Part shown: piece after piece, positions 41,985 through 52,141 of the stretch
Numbering within the stretch: position 1 is the stretch's first letter
How the letters are laid out: every line of letters begins with the position of its first letter
DNA from: an uncultured cyanobacterium
GTDB taxonomy: Bacteria; Cyanobacteriota; Cyanobacteriia; Cyanobacteriales; CAWCAG01
Reading direction: 5' to 3'
Assembly (NCBI GenBank): GCA_963793425.1
Contig: CAWCAG010000005.1
Location: 224,001 to 288,000, forward strand
Length of the DNA: 64,000 bases
Position numbers and translations under genes: made by a program
The notes under the pieces: model-generated
Told to the model about the DNA's origin: nothing
The model's database searches: none
Seen by the model: only the letters and a program-made list of their open reading frames with translations

Positions 41985-43124
41985 TTATTCTGGGGTGGCT
42001 CTGGTTATAGCTAAAACTGCATTTTGTCCCCCAAAACCAAAACTAAAACAAAGGGCATTCTGAAAATGTCCTTGCTGGGGTTGAGTTAGTACATTCAAAG
42101 CAAACTCAGACTCCTTTAAACCCACGCAAGGAGGTAAAATCTGTTGTTGTAAAGCTAACAGACTAAAGGCTGTACCAATTGCTCCTGAAGCCCCTAAAGT
42201 GTGGCCAGTAGCCCCTTTAGTTGAGCTTACTGCAACCCCTGGCGGAAAAAGTTTTTCAATCAACTTGGCTTCGTTGCGATCATTGAGTTGAGTACTTGTA
42301 CCGTGGGCATGGATATAATCAATATCCAGGGGAAAAAGATTACTGTTGTGCAAACATTGCTTAATGGCAGAAATACCGCTACTACCATTGGGGTTAGGGG
42401 CAGAGATATGATAACCATCAGCCGTTAAACCAAAACCTAAAATTTGTCCGTAAACTTTGGCTTTTCTTTCCCTAGCTAATTCTGCCGTTTCTAAAACCAA
42501 AACCGCCCCTCCTTCTCCCAAAGCTAAGCCCTCTCTAAGGCGATCAAAAGGATAACAACCTGTTTTAGCTAAAGCACCCATTTTCTCAAAGCCAGCTAAG
42601 GTTAAGGGGGTAATAGGTGCTTCTACCGCCCCCACAATAACCCTTTGACATTCCCCCATTTGTAGCAACTCCCAACCTCTTGCGATCGCCCAAATCCCTG
42701 TAGCACAAGCTGCCATTGGTGCGAGTACCTGGGCTTGGGAACCAATCTTAATTGCAGTTGCGATTCCAGCTTGGTGAGGTAAAGTATTAAGCCAGTTACT
42801 CAAATCTTGGGGTTGTCCTCTCATTAACTCTTCCCAAACCCCCTGACAGCCACGACTAGAACCAACTACAACTCCACAGTCTGTTAAAGGGGCTATAAGT
42901 CCTGAATCTTCTAAAGCAGCATCAACAATTAATTGAGTTAAGGGGATTAACTGGGCCGAAGTTTCACCAATTAAAGCCATCGGCAAAGGACTAATTTCCC
43001 CGAAAGGTTGTCGCAACTTAACAGCACTTTCCCCAGCTAATAAACGTTGCCAACTAGTAGAGAGAGAACCTAAAGCAGAAATTAAACCAATACCAGTAAC
43101 AACAACTTCCCTTTTCGCCATCAA
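41985..43124 (-). CDS. Beta-ketoacyl-ACP synthase, FabF-like (divergent)
   Basis: MAACATG, HAHGTST, KGATGHTLGASG, FSFGFGGQN. Confidence 0.85.
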   Translation of the reverse strand: MMAKREVVVTGIGLISALGSLSTSWQRLLAGESAVKLRQPFGEISPLPMALIGETSAQLIPLTQLIVDAALEDSGLIAPLTDCGVVVGSSRGCQGVWEELMRGQPQDLSNWLNTLPHQAGIATAIKIGSQAQVLAPMAACATGIWAIARGWELLQMGECQRVIVGAVEAPITPLTLAGFEKMGALAKTGCYPFDRLREGLALGEGGAVLVLETAELARERKAKVYGQILGFGLTADGYHISAPNPNGSSGISAIKQCLHNSNLFPLDIDYIHAHGTSTQLNDRNEAKLIEKLFPPGVAVSSTKGATGHTLGASGAIGTAFSLLALQQQILPPCVGLKESEFALNVLTQPQQGHFQNALCFSFGFGGQNAVLAITRATPE

Positions 43125-43170
43125 TTACCGACTACAAATGCCTATAAGTAATAAATAATATGTTCTTTAC

Positions 43171-43226
43171 TATTACTTATTACTTATTACTTATTACTTA
43201 TTACTTATTACTTATTACTTATTACT
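43171..43226. repeat. Heptamer short tandem repeat (TATTACT)x8
   Basis: Eight perfect copies; partly complementary AAGTAATA just upstream; STRR-type repeat. Confidence 0.95.
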
Positions 43227-43232
43227 TTCCCC

Positions 43233-44024
43233 TCACTCCTCACCACCAGTCTTCAAATTATCCAACCCGGCTGTCACCTCAGCAGACTCAATTTTATCTC
43301 CTTGTTGGATTTGATCCACAGTCTCCATTCCTTCAGTTACATAACCAAACACAGCATAGCTAGCATCCAAAAAAGGTAAATCTGCTAAAGCGATATAAAA
43401 TTGAGAAGAAGCAGAATCTGGCATTTGGGAACGAGCCATAGCCACAGCGCCTCTGGTATGCTTAAGGGCTGGAGGAGTGTCTAATGTTTTGCTATAAACT
43501 GGTTCTTCTCCATCTTCTGGGGTGATTTCCAAAGGAATGTAGCGAGTTTTTCCGGTATCTGGATCTTCGTAACCTCCAGTCCCTAAACGGCTAGTGGGGA
43601 AGTTAGAATTCTTACTTTGAGGATCGCCTCCTTGGGCAACAAAAGGTTGAGGCTCTTTGACTACCCGGTGGAATACGATACCGTCATAAAAGCCTTTATT
43701 GACCAAATCAACAAAATTACCTGCTGAAATAGGTGCTTTGTCCCCGTCAATTTCCATGGTAATTGGTGAACCTTTAACGGTCATTACTACCGTTGCTTTG
43801 CCTTCTAATCGAGGTAATTGAGCCATTTCTTGATTATCTACTTTAGTAGCGTTAATAGATTTTTTAGTTTCTTGAGTTTCTGTCTGGGTTTCTTCTGTTT
43901 CTGCTTGGGTAGTTTCTTCTTTTACCGAAACATCTTGATCCGTAGCAGCACATCCTCCTAATGTCCCAATTCCAATAACTGCAATTAGAATTAGTGCCAG
44001 ACAGTTTGATAAATTAATTTTCAT
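43233..44024 (-). CDS. Cyclophilin-type peptidyl-prolyl isomerase (lipoprotein)
   Basis: LGGC lipobox; [29 protein letters not shown]. Confidence 0.9.
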   Translation of the reverse strand: MKINLSNCLALILIAVIGIGTLGGCAATDQDVSVKEETTQAETEETQTETQETKKSINATKVDNQEMAQLPRLEGKATVVMTVKGSPITMEIDGDKAPISAGNFVDLVNKGFYDGIVFHRVVKEPQPFVAQGGDPQSKNSNFPTSRLGTGGYEDPDTGKTRYIPLEITPEDGEEPVYSKTLDTPPALKHTRGAVAMARSQMPDSASSQFYIALADLPFLDASYAVFGYVTEGMETVDQIQQGDKIESAEVTAGLDNLKTGGEE

Positions 44025-44046
44025 TGTTCTTGATACTCAACCTAGA

Positions 44047-44613
44047 TTACAAACCTTCTAAAGGAACTTGTAAAAAACGAGCTAATTGCGCCCCTTGATT
44101 TTCTAGTTCCGTTAAGGAAATAGGTTCCCCTGCACGGGTTAGGGGAATTGGACCTTTACCTTTAACTCGTAAATAAAGTGACCGTTTGGGGTTTAAACCT
44201 TCTTTGATGTCCGCTTTAACAGATTGAACTTCTTCAATTTTGCAATCTATTTCCACACGACGATTTTTACCAGGGAAGTTCCAGCGGAAAATCTTGATGG
44301 AGTTATTTTTTTTGTTAAATTCGTTGTAGCCTCCTCCCACATCCCAAAAAATAACCAGGACTTGATAAAGAGAAACTAACAAACCAGCAACTCCATAAAA
44401 AGTCAAGGCTATTCCTTGAGGTATAAATTGGAGAGTGGATGTGTCGCTAACTATAAGTAAATTAGTATGAAGATAACTTGAAAGTCCTGCAAGAAGAAAG
44501 CCTAGACCTCCTATAAAAGCAGCTATAGCCCAAAAGTAGTTGCTAAGTCTTCGGGAACCTAGAACCTCTTGACGCAGAATATCGCTTTCTGTAGTAGTTG
44601 CCTGTGCTGTCAT
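44047..44613 (-). CDS. ycf4: Photosystem I assembly protein Ycf4
   Basis: GSRRLSNYFWA, FIPQG, VGGGYNEF, FPGKNRR, LARFLQVPLEG. Confidence 0.97.
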   Translation of the reverse strand: MTAQATTTESDILRQEVLGSRRLSNYFWAIAAFIGGLGFLLAGLSSYLHTNLLIVSDTSTLQFIPQGIALTFYGVAGLLVSLYQVLVIFWDVGGGYNEFNKKNNSIKIFRWNFPGKNRRVEIDCKIEEVQSVKADIKEGLNPKRSLYLRVKGKGPIPLTRAGEPISLTELENQGAQLARFLQVPLEGL

Positions 44614-44686
44614 GGAAGAAGCTTAACCACAATAATTTGTTTCGTCAGTTTTTAGTGTGACACCAATCAAGTTGGGAAACAAGGGC

Positions 44687-44714
44687 ATGGCTAATGGCTA
44701 ATGGCTAATGGCTA
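44687..44714. repeat. Heptamer repeat (ATGGCTA)x4 overlapping the radical SAM stop codon
   Basis: Read directly from the sequence. Confidence 0.85.
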
Positions 44715-47343
44715 GTTGCTGACTACTCAAGATTAACTGCTGGCGATGAACTTTAAGAAGTTGAAACTCATTCTCTGTTACCGTTTCTAGCATATAAATA
44801 AAGTGTTCTGGCTGTAAAAGAGTGCCGTCATTACGATAACTACCAACATAGCGTAATAACACTTCATTGTTTTCTTGAGATTGAGAAATTAACTCTAGTT
44901 CAAAGAGGCGATCCCGCAAATTAATGACTTTCTTTTTCCCAGATTTAGTAAGTTTCTCCCAGTTGATTTCTTGACTTTGTTTAATTTCATCTAACCACTG
45001 TTGCCAGGTTTCCTTAGATACCATTTCTGTAGTTGCAATGGTCAGGAGATACTCTGCTTTTTCCAACAACCGATTAGCAGAAAGGGACTTAATGGCAACT
45101 TCTTCACCGTGGAAAAGAGTAATATCTTTGGGTAACTGTTCAGCTAACTTTGCTTGGAAAGTGTCAACATCCATAGCTTCAGTTAGTTCAAAATCAACAA
45201 TTTCCCCGCTACTAGTCGCCCCTAATGATAAAGCGCTAGCGATGGATATTCTTGGCCCTGGATGGTAGCCTCCGGTGAAGGAAATGGGCAAAGAAGCACG
45301 ACGTATGGCACGATCAAATAGCCGTACTAAATCTAAATGACTAACTAAGGCCATTTCTCCTTGTTTGCCAAACCAAATCCTTAACCTTTGTACCCGATTG
45401 GTGTTTGGTTGAAATTCTCCGTCAAATTCCGGAATCGGCGGCACTTCCGCGACAATATTATGACCAAAATCTGTACCACAGATGCCACATTGAGAACAGC
45501 CTTCATAGGAACAATCAGGTACAATAGTTGCTTCTAAAGCCCGTTGTAAGTCAGCTTTAAGCCACTCTTTATCAATGCCGGTATCGAGATGATCCCAAGG
45601 TAATCTTGCACTTAACCTGCTATCCCAATTATACTCCTGGCGACGACCTTCACTAGCAACTTTCTGGTTATCACTTTCCATGATATTCCATTCCCCCTCT
45701 GTCATCTGGCGATATTTCCAGGTTAAATCTGCATCTGCGATCGCTTCTTCCCAAGCTTGAAAGGCTTTGTTTAAGTTTTCCCACCAAGAATCCATTCCTG
45801 CCCCTAATTCCCAAGCCCTTCTGACTACAGCAGCAAGAGTGCGATCGCCTCTCCCTACAAAGTCTTCCATTGCTGAGATGCGGGTGTCTGTGTAATTAAC
45901 CTTAACTCCTTTGAGGTGACGAAATTCTGCTTTCAGTATTTGTTGCTTGCGACTAAATTCTGAGGTTGAGACTGAGTGCCATTGGAAGGGGGTATGGGGT
46001 TTGGGGGTGAAGTTGGAGATGGTGATATTAAAATCTAACCTTTTTCTACCCTTGAGGCGACATTCTTGACGCAACCAGCGAATGGTTTCAGCTATACCAA
46101 TAACATCAGCATCGGTTTCCCCCGGCAAACCAACCATGAAGTAAAGTTTGATTTTGTCCCAACCCTGTTCAAAAGCGGTTTTTACCCCCCGCAACAATTC
46201 TTCGTTGGTGAGTCCTTTGTTAATGACATCCCGCATCCTTTGAGTCCCTGCTTCTGGGGCAAAGGTTAAGCCCGATTTGCGAGTACCGCCAATAATTTTA
46301 GCAATGTTTTCATCAAAGCGATCTACTCTTTGACTAGGAAGAGAAAGGGAAATATTCTCATCTTTGAGGCGATTTCTCACTTCCATGCCTACAGCAGGTA
46401 AGGAAAGATAATCAGAACAACTTAAAGACAGGAGGGAAAATTCATTATATCCAGTGGCCCGCATTCCTTTTTCAATAGCATCCACCACTTTAGCAGGTTC
46501 AACATCTGTGGCCGGCCGGGTTAACATTCCCGGTTGACAAAAGCGACAACCACGGGTGCAACCCCTCCTTATTTCTACAGTTAAGCGGTCATGAACGGTT
46601 TGCACATAGGGGACTAAACCGATAGAATAGGCAGGAATAGGAGTAGCCACCCGGCGCAAAATTCGCTTCGGTACGTTGGGATGATTAGGATGTACTGAAC
46701 CATCGGCTGCACTGTCGTAAAAGCGAGGTACATAAACCCCAGGAACTTGCGCTAAATCTAAGAGTAATGCCTTTTTACTTAAACCAGCAACTTTTGCTTC
46801 TTGAATAACTAAACCAATTTCTGGTAATAATTCTTCCCCATCTCCTAAGGCTATAAAGTCGAAAAAGTCCGCATAGGGTTCCGGGTTAGATGTGGCAGTT
46901 TGTCCCCCAGCGAAAATGAGGGGATAATCTCCTGCTTCTCTTTCTCGCCAAGTCAGAGCAATACCTGCTAAATCCAACATCTCCAGGATATTGGTAGCCC
47001 CCAATTCATAACTGAGACTAAAACCTAAGATATCAAAGTCTAGAAGAGGACGGCGGGACTCTAGGGCAAATAAAGGAGTTTTAGTTTCCCTTAACTTAGC
47101 AGCTAAATCGGAAGCTGGTAAATAGGAGCGATCGCATAGTTGTTGAGGTTGAGCATTCAAAACATTGTAGAGGATAATATGCCCTAAATTAGAGGCCCCC
47201 ACTTCATAGATTTCTGGATAAGTCAAAACCCAACGCACCTGGGCATCAGCCCAAGGTTTGCGTACTGCACCTAATTCATTACCCAGGTAACGCGCCGGTT
47301 TATTAATTTCCGGAGTTAAAATTTCCTCGATTGCAACTACCAC
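44698..47343 (-). CDS. B12-binding radical SAM protein (TIGR03960 type) fused to a DUF2344 domain
   Basis: KPARYLGNE, RGCTRGCRFC, FAPEAGT; C-terminal VSHLDL..RA..P. Confidence 0.88.
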   Translation of the reverse strand: MVVAIEEILTPEINKPARYLGNELGAVRKPWADAQVRWVLTYPEIYEVGASNLGHIILYNVLNAQPQQLCDRSYLPASDLAAKLRETKTPLFALESRRPLLDFDILGFSLSYELGATNILEMLDLAGIALTWREREAGDYPLIFAGGQTATSNPEPYADFFDFIALGDGEELLPEIGLVIQEAKVAGLSKKALLLDLAQVPGVYVPRFYDSAADGSVHPNHPNVPKRILRRVATPIPAYSIGLVPYVQTVHDRLTVEIRRGCTRGCRFCQPGMLTRPATDVEPAKVVDAIEKGMRATGYNEFSLLSLSCSDYLSLPAVGMEVRNRLKDENISLSLPSQRVDRFDENIAKIIGGTRKSGLTFAPEAGTQRMRDVINKGLTNEELLRGVKTAFEQGWDKIKLYFMVGLPGETDADVIGIAETIRWLRQECRLKGRKRLDFNITISNFTPKPHTPFQWHSVSTSEFSRKQQILKAEFRHLKGVKVNYTDTRISAMEDFVGRGDRTLAAVVRRAWELGAGMDSWWENLNKAFQAWEEAIADADLTWKYRQMTEGEWNIMESDNQKVASEGRRQEYNWDSRLSARLPWDHLDTGIDKEWLKADLQRALEATIVPDCSYEGCSQCGICGTDFGHNIVAEVPPIPEFDGEFQPNTNRVQRLRIWFGKQGEMALVSHLDLVRLFDRAIRRASLPISFTGGYHPGPRISIASALSLGATSSGEIVDFELTEAMDVDTFQAKLAEQLPKDITLFHGEEVAIKSLSANRLLEKAEYLLTIATTEMVSKETWQQWLDEIKQSQEINWEKLTKSGKKKVINLRDRLFELELISQSQENNEVLLRYVGSYRNDGTLLQPEHFIYMLETVTENEFQLLKVHRQQLILSSQQLAISH

Positions 47344-47448
47344 GTTGGTTTCCTCTTTGATTTGGTGCTGGCTTTATCTAGTTTAAGATAAAAAATAGAG
47401 ACAAAGATCAGCAGTTTAGAATCCAAAGAGGATTAAGATAGCACCGAG

Positions 47449-47784
47449 TTAAATAGCTGCGTAGTCTGTATATGGTCGCACATTAGGATGTTGAAATCCT
47501 AGAACAATATTTTCTCTAAGAATTCCTCTTTCTACAAGTTTTTCGGCTATTCTCATCTCCGTCATATTTTGTTGAACCCAGATTTTTCCTTGTATAATAT
47601 CCAGATGCAAAACACAACCATAAGCCCTGCGATCGCCATCCCAGCCTAAATTCATTACTTGGTAATGGTCTTGTTTAGTGTCAAAGACTGTGTAGCAATC
47701 AATGGAGCCATTTTTGATAGGAATAGCAGCATAAGCAGTTAACAAAGACTGAATTATATCGCGATAAAATTCTAAGATATCCAT
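47449..47784 (-). CDS. xisI: XisI-family protein
   Basis: FDTKQDHYQ..GW, HLDIIQGKIWVQ, IVLGF.P..RPYTDYA. Confidence 0.9.
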   Translation of the reverse strand: MDILEFYRDIIQSLLTAYAAIPIKNGSIDCYTVFDTKQDHYQVMNLGWDGDRRAYGCVLHLDIIQGKIWVQQNMTEMRIAEKLVERGILRENIVLGFQHPNVRPYTDYAAI

Positions 47785-48288
47785 TGCAAAATTACCTCTT
47801 TATCTAGATCATAAATAATTTGTTTAAGTTGATATCTTTCTACAGAAATATGAGCAAATTCTCTTTTAAAGAAGGTTTTATAAGCACTTGAAGGTACTGC
47901 TAAATATAGTAAGCTGATGTGCCTTTAAACTGTGTATTACTCAACTAGGAAATAAGCCCTAAAACCCTCTCCCCATCAAACCTAATAAGTGAATTAAATG
48001 CCTGACAGCTTATACGTATCGGTTCATCTATTTCTAAAGCAAGGCGATAATTCAAAAACTGCCCCAAAGCTGCATGGTAGTCAGTTAATGGCGAATCACT
48101 CAAGAAAGTTTTAATTTCAACGGCAATTTTTTCTTGCCCTCTTTCTGCTGCTAATAGTTGTTTTGCCCCAAATCAATTTCAAATTTGGTTCCTCCTACTT
48201 CAATTTGTAAAGGATCGTCGGTTATTGTCCACTGCTCTTTTTCTAGAGCAATTCTAACCGCAGCATGAAATTTATCTTTAGCAGCCAT
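47772..48288 (-). pseudogene. xisH: XisH-family gene disrupted by a 99-bp MITE and a 1-nt frameshift (~48167)
   Basis: Manual translation MAAKDKFHAAVRIALEKEQWTITDDPL...IDLG/AKQLLAAERGQEKIAVEIKTF...ALGQFLNYR...EPIRI[insert]LYLAVP...EVILQWIS*. Confidence 0.9.
47912..48010. mobile_element. 99-bp IS630-type MITE with TA target-site duplication
   Basis: TA|AGCTGATGTGCCTTTAA...TTAAATGCCTGACAGCT|TA; removing it and one TA restores xisH codons ata-cgt-ata-cta-tat-tta. Confidence 0.9.
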
Positions 48289-48356
48289 CGTGTGCTTCTT
48301 CTATTTTATCTACGATAATATAACAATAATTTTAACCTGAATCGAATTCAAGCTTC

Positions 48357-49199
48357 ATGATTCCAGAATATAAAATCTTAAAAGAATATCCCGAACTAGT
48401 TAAATATGTTATAGACTTTTTTGCTTCAAAAGCAACTAATCCAAATGTTTATAAACAAATTAGAGAAGTATGCAAAAATAACAAAAGTTTGGAATATTCT
48501 CAATCTCGCAAGCTTTTTCTTGATTTGGGGTATTTTCACAAAACAGATGTAATATTATTTGGAGTTAAAACTCGAAAAGATAATCTTATTGATAACTGCA
48601 TTTTTGGATTCAGCTATATTGCTGAAAAATATAGAAATTCTGTATTCAAAATAGAAGTAGAGAAATACGAAGGTGTGATTAACATTGGAACAGGATTTCT
48701 TTACTATACTAAAGATTTGATCATTACAGCTAAACACGTAGTCCAAGCTAAAGATACTATCATTATTAAGTCTATCCTCGACATAGATAATAACCTAATA
48801 GATTTTGATAGAGATAAGATTAGAATTTTTCCAGACAATGATATTGCTTTCATTCCCCTAACTTCTAATTACGAAGCAGAAGGGTTATATCCTGGAATCG
48901 AATTTGATATTCTAGACGATGTAATAACTTTAGAATACCCTAAAGTTTCCACAACAAAAGCGGCTTACTTGGTGGCACACAGAGGTGAAATCAATTCTAA
49001 AGTTGAAAATTATTGGGGAAATCAACTACTTTTATTCTCAGCCAAAACATCTCCTGGTAGTAGTGGTAGCCCTATAATAAATAGAATGGGTTTATTTGTA
49101 GGAGTGGTATCAGAAAATCTTTATAGAAAGGAAGCATCAGAAGACCATCTGCATATTCCTTATCATGCAGGAATACCATCCTCTACTTTTATCAAATAA
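48357..49199 (+). CDS. Trypsin-like serine protease with an unknown N-terminal region
   Basis: GTGF, ITAKHVV, DIAFI, SPGSSGSPI catalytic triad; no signal peptide; AT-rich. Confidence 0.85.
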   Translation: MIPEYKILKEYPELVKYVIDFFASKATNPNVYKQIREVCKNNKSLEYSQSRKLFLDLGYFHKTDVILFGVKTRKDNLIDNCIFGFSYIAEKYRNSVFKIEVEKYEGVINIGTGFLYYTKDLIITAKHVVQAKDTIIIKSILDIDNNLIDFDRDKIRIFPDNDIAFIPLTSNYEAEGLYPGIEFDILDDVITLEYPKVSTTKAAYLVAHRGEINSKVENYWGNQLLLFSAKTSPGSSGSPIINRMGLFVGVVSENLYRKEASEDHLHIPYHAGIPSSTFIK

Positions 49200-49498
49200 A
49201 TAAAAAACACGACAATAAAAGTCGTATGTTACGAGTAAAATAATTTTTTACACTAAGATAAACTAACTCAATAAAGTGCATGATCTGATTATTAAGGTCA
49301 TTGTGAATAAGGGTCTGCGCTTGGAACCGAAAGGATTTTGTCGAAAATGGTTAGATTATCCCAAACCGGGAGAGTGGGGCTATAGAAAAGCTTGTGTAAC
49401 TCTTTGGAGTGAGCGAAAATACAGTTGTAAGGATTGCGCTCGTTATCTTTTTCGATTTGTAGCTTGATCTAGTTTAAGATCAAAAAACTGCGATCGCT

Positions 49499-51712
49499 GT
49501 GATACTTCTTAAAAGAAAGTGTTTTATTTTTCGAGTGATATATCAACAACCAAAGTTTATCGATCTTTTTGCCGGAATTGGTGGGTTTCGACTAGCTTTT
49601 GAACAAGCTGGTTATCAATGTGTATATTCTTGTGAAATTAATGAAGCTTGCCAAAAAGTTTATTTCAATAACTTTGGTGAAGTGCCAGAAGATGATGTTA
49701 CTCAAATAAACACAGAGGAAATTCCTAATTTTGATGTTTTAACCGCAGGTTTCCCCTGCCAACCTTTTAGTATTTGCGGCAGAAGAGAAGGATTTCAAGA
49801 TACCAGAGGGTCTTTATTTTTTTATATCTGTAAAGTTGTTGAAGCTAAAAAACCAGCAGTCGTTGTACTAGAAAATGTCAAGCATTTGATTCATCTAGAA
49901 AAAGGTAGAACCCTTGATACTATTATTTACTCCTTAGAAAAATTAGGTTATTTAGTTGACTATAAACTTCTTAATGCCAAGGACTTCGGCGTTCCTCAAA
50001 ACAGAGAAAGAATAATCATTATAGCTACTCAAATAAAAAAGTTTGACTTTGATTTAATCAGGACTATCTCTCCTGTTCCAAATTTAAAAGAATTTCTTGA
50101 TAAAAAAGGTGACTTTGAATATTTAACACCCCAAGAATATACGATGATTGATAATCCGAAAAAACAAGCATCAGGATTAATTTTTGTTGGTTATCGCAAT
50201 AAAGGTATTTGGAAAAAAGGAGTTAGACCGAATACGCAGCATCTATCTAGAGTTCATCGTCAACCTAATCGCATTTATTCAATAGAAGGAGTGCATCCAA
50301 CTCTTCCTTCTCAAGAAAGTTCGGGTCGTTTCTTCATCTATCTTCCCAAAGAAGATGCTGTTCGTAAATTAACAATTGAAGAATGTTATAGAATCATGGG
50401 CTTTCCTCATGATTTCACAATACACAGTAATCTTTCAGAATGTTATAAGCAAATTGGGAATTCTGTCTGTATTCCTATGATATATGAATTAGCAGTTCAA
50501 CTAAAAACACAAAAGCTAATAGATGATTTAGAATCTAATCTGCAAAAATCCAAGATTTTTGATGTTTGTCCAGAAAATATTCAATTAGAGATATTTAATA
50601 TCAACAAAATGAATCATAGAGATAAACTAACTCGAATTTACGAAACATCGATAAACATAGACGATATTCAAAATGCGATACCTGAAACTTATCAATCATT
50701 TATTACTGAAGTTTCTCAAAACTGCTTCAAGCAAAAGGGAGTTTATACTGTTTTAATCACATTATTGGTTCACAAGATAATAAATCCTGAACAAGATATT
50801 AGATATCATCAATCGAATATGAATGGAGGATTTTCAGGAAGAACTATTGATACTCAATATATTACTCCAACCTTAAAAGAGTTAGGGCTTCCTGCCATGG
50901 CTGAAAGTGGTTGGTTAACTCGCTCCCTTGAACAACCTTACCCTTATACGTTGGATTATAACGGCAAGATAAACAACAAAAAAGTTAAAGAGGCTTTTCT
51001 GCAACTGGTTGATTTTATTCAAAAGAAACCTCAAAAAGCGGAAACTGTATTAAAGCTCCTTTTATATCAAGTTAGAAAAATCGCCCAAGCAAATCAAGTC
51101 AAAATTATTAAAATATCTAATACTGAAAAATTTGATATTAATATTATTATCGACTACCTGCAAGAACATTTTCATTTCAACTATAAAACTCGTGGAGCCT
51201 CAAAACTTCCAGTCATTGCGTTTTATGCAATCTATCAAAGATTGATTGAAGAAGTTGAAAGATACAAATTTTGTCGCTTAAAAGAGTTAGGAAGTCATAC
51301 AGCTTCTGATCGAACATCTAAAAGTGCAGGAGATATTGAAATTATAGATAAAAACAAGAAGATAATAGAAGTTTTAGAAATCAAGCATGGTAAGAAAATA
51401 GACTTTCAAATGCTTTTAATTGCTAAAGAAAAAATTATTAGATTTAAGCCAAGAAGGTATTATATTTTTTCATCTGCTGATCTCAAAGAGTCTGACCGCA
51501 CTAAAATCAACCGAGAAATTGAAGAAATTAAAAACAACTATGGGTGTCAAGTGATTGTCAATGGAATTCTGCCTACTCTGAAATATTACTTGAGACTAAT
51601 TATGTCCCTAGAAGATTTTGTTCGAGGATATTCAAGTTTAATTGCATCAGATAATGAACTTCAATTAATTCATAAGACCAAGTGGAATGAAATTCTATCC
51701 AAAAGGAACTAA
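49499..51712 (+). CDS. C5 DNA methyltransferase fused to a putative PD-(D/E)xK restriction endonuclease
   Basis: DLFAGIGG, GFPCQPFS, LENV, QNRER, YKQIGNSV; C-terminal ~365 aa with GDIEIID...LEIKHG; start could be the GTG at 49535. Confidence 0.85.
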   Translation: MILLKRKCFIFRVIYQQPKFIDLFAGIGGFRLAFEQAGYQCVYSCEINEACQKVYFNNFGEVPEDDVTQINTEEIPNFDVLTAGFPCQPFSICGRREGFQDTRGSLFFYICKVVEAKKPAVVVLENVKHLIHLEKGRTLDTIIYSLEKLGYLVDYKLLNAKDFGVPQNRERIIIIATQIKKFDFDLIRTISPVPNLKEFLDKKGDFEYLTPQEYTMIDNPKKQASGLIFVGYRNKGIWKKGVRPNTQHLSRVHRQPNRIYSIEGVHPTLPSQESSGRFFIYLPKEDAVRKLTIEECYRIMGFPHDFTIHSNLSECYKQIGNSVCIPMIYELAVQLKTQKLIDDLESNLQKSKIFDVCPENIQLEIFNINKMNHRDKLTRIYETSINIDDIQNAIPETYQSFITEVSQNCFKQKGVYTVLITLLVHKIINPEQDIRYHQSNMNGGFSGRTIDTQYITPTLKELGLPAMAESGWLTRSLEQPYPYTLDYNGKINNKKVKEAFLQLVDFIQKKPQKAETVLKLLLYQVRKIAQANQVKIIKISNTEKFDINIIIDYLQEHFHFNYKTRGASKLPVIAFYAIYQRLIEEVERYKFCRLKELGSHTASDRTSKSAGDIEIIDKNKKIIEVLEIKHGKKIDFQMLLIAKEKIIRFKPRRYYIFSSADLKESDRTKINREIEEIKNNYGCQVIVNGILPTLKYYLRLIMSLEDFVRGYSSLIASDNELQLIHKTKWNEILSKRN

Positions 51713-51805
51713 ATTTTTACTTAAAAAGGTTGAATGGAAGTACTTCATTAATCTGCTAAAGGCAGTAAGTACTTCCAGCCATATGTTACGGAGTTATAGC
51801 TTCAT

Positions 51806-52141
51806 TCAAGCTAAGGTTGCTTCAAAAGCATCATGGCTATCAAAAATCTCTAAGATGCGATCTAGTTGACTTAACTCCAAAATAATTTTTACAGAGGGGG
51901 CAACAGAACAAAAAATTAAACGTCTACCCAAGTTTTGTGCCAACCGGAAAGCGGCAACCAAAGCCATTAAAGTTGTGTTATCTAAAGAATCTACTTTCTT
52001 CATATCGATTAAAAGCACAGAATCTTTTTGAGAAGCAACAAGTTTAGTTAACTGACCTCCAAACTCCGCCGCGTTAGAAGGGATGATATGGCTGTAAGAT
52101 GATACCTGAGTAAGATGGGAGCAAACGGCTACGTTGATCAT
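51806..52141 (-). CDS. STAS-domain anti-anti-sigma factor
   Basis: LLIDMKKVDSLDN..L, IILELSQLDRILEIF. Confidence 0.85.
   Translation of the reverse strand: MINVAVCSHLTQVSSYSHIIPSNAAEFGGQLTKLVASQKDSVLLIDMKKVDSLDNTTLMALVAAFRLAQNLGRRLIFCSVAPSVKIILELSQLDRILEIFDSHDAFEATLA

Noticed and set aside
43160..43363. 67-aa ORF with YYLLLIT repeats
   Set aside because: Translation of the TATTACT heptamer repeat plus antisense of the cyclophilin.
47449..48288. fdxN excision element
   Set aside because: No xisF recombinase or interrupted fdxN nearby; stand-alone xisHI pairs are common.
49276..49467. 63-aa ORF as an intact gene or R-M controller protein
   Set aside because: No HTH recognisable; looks like a short remnant with unrelated ends.
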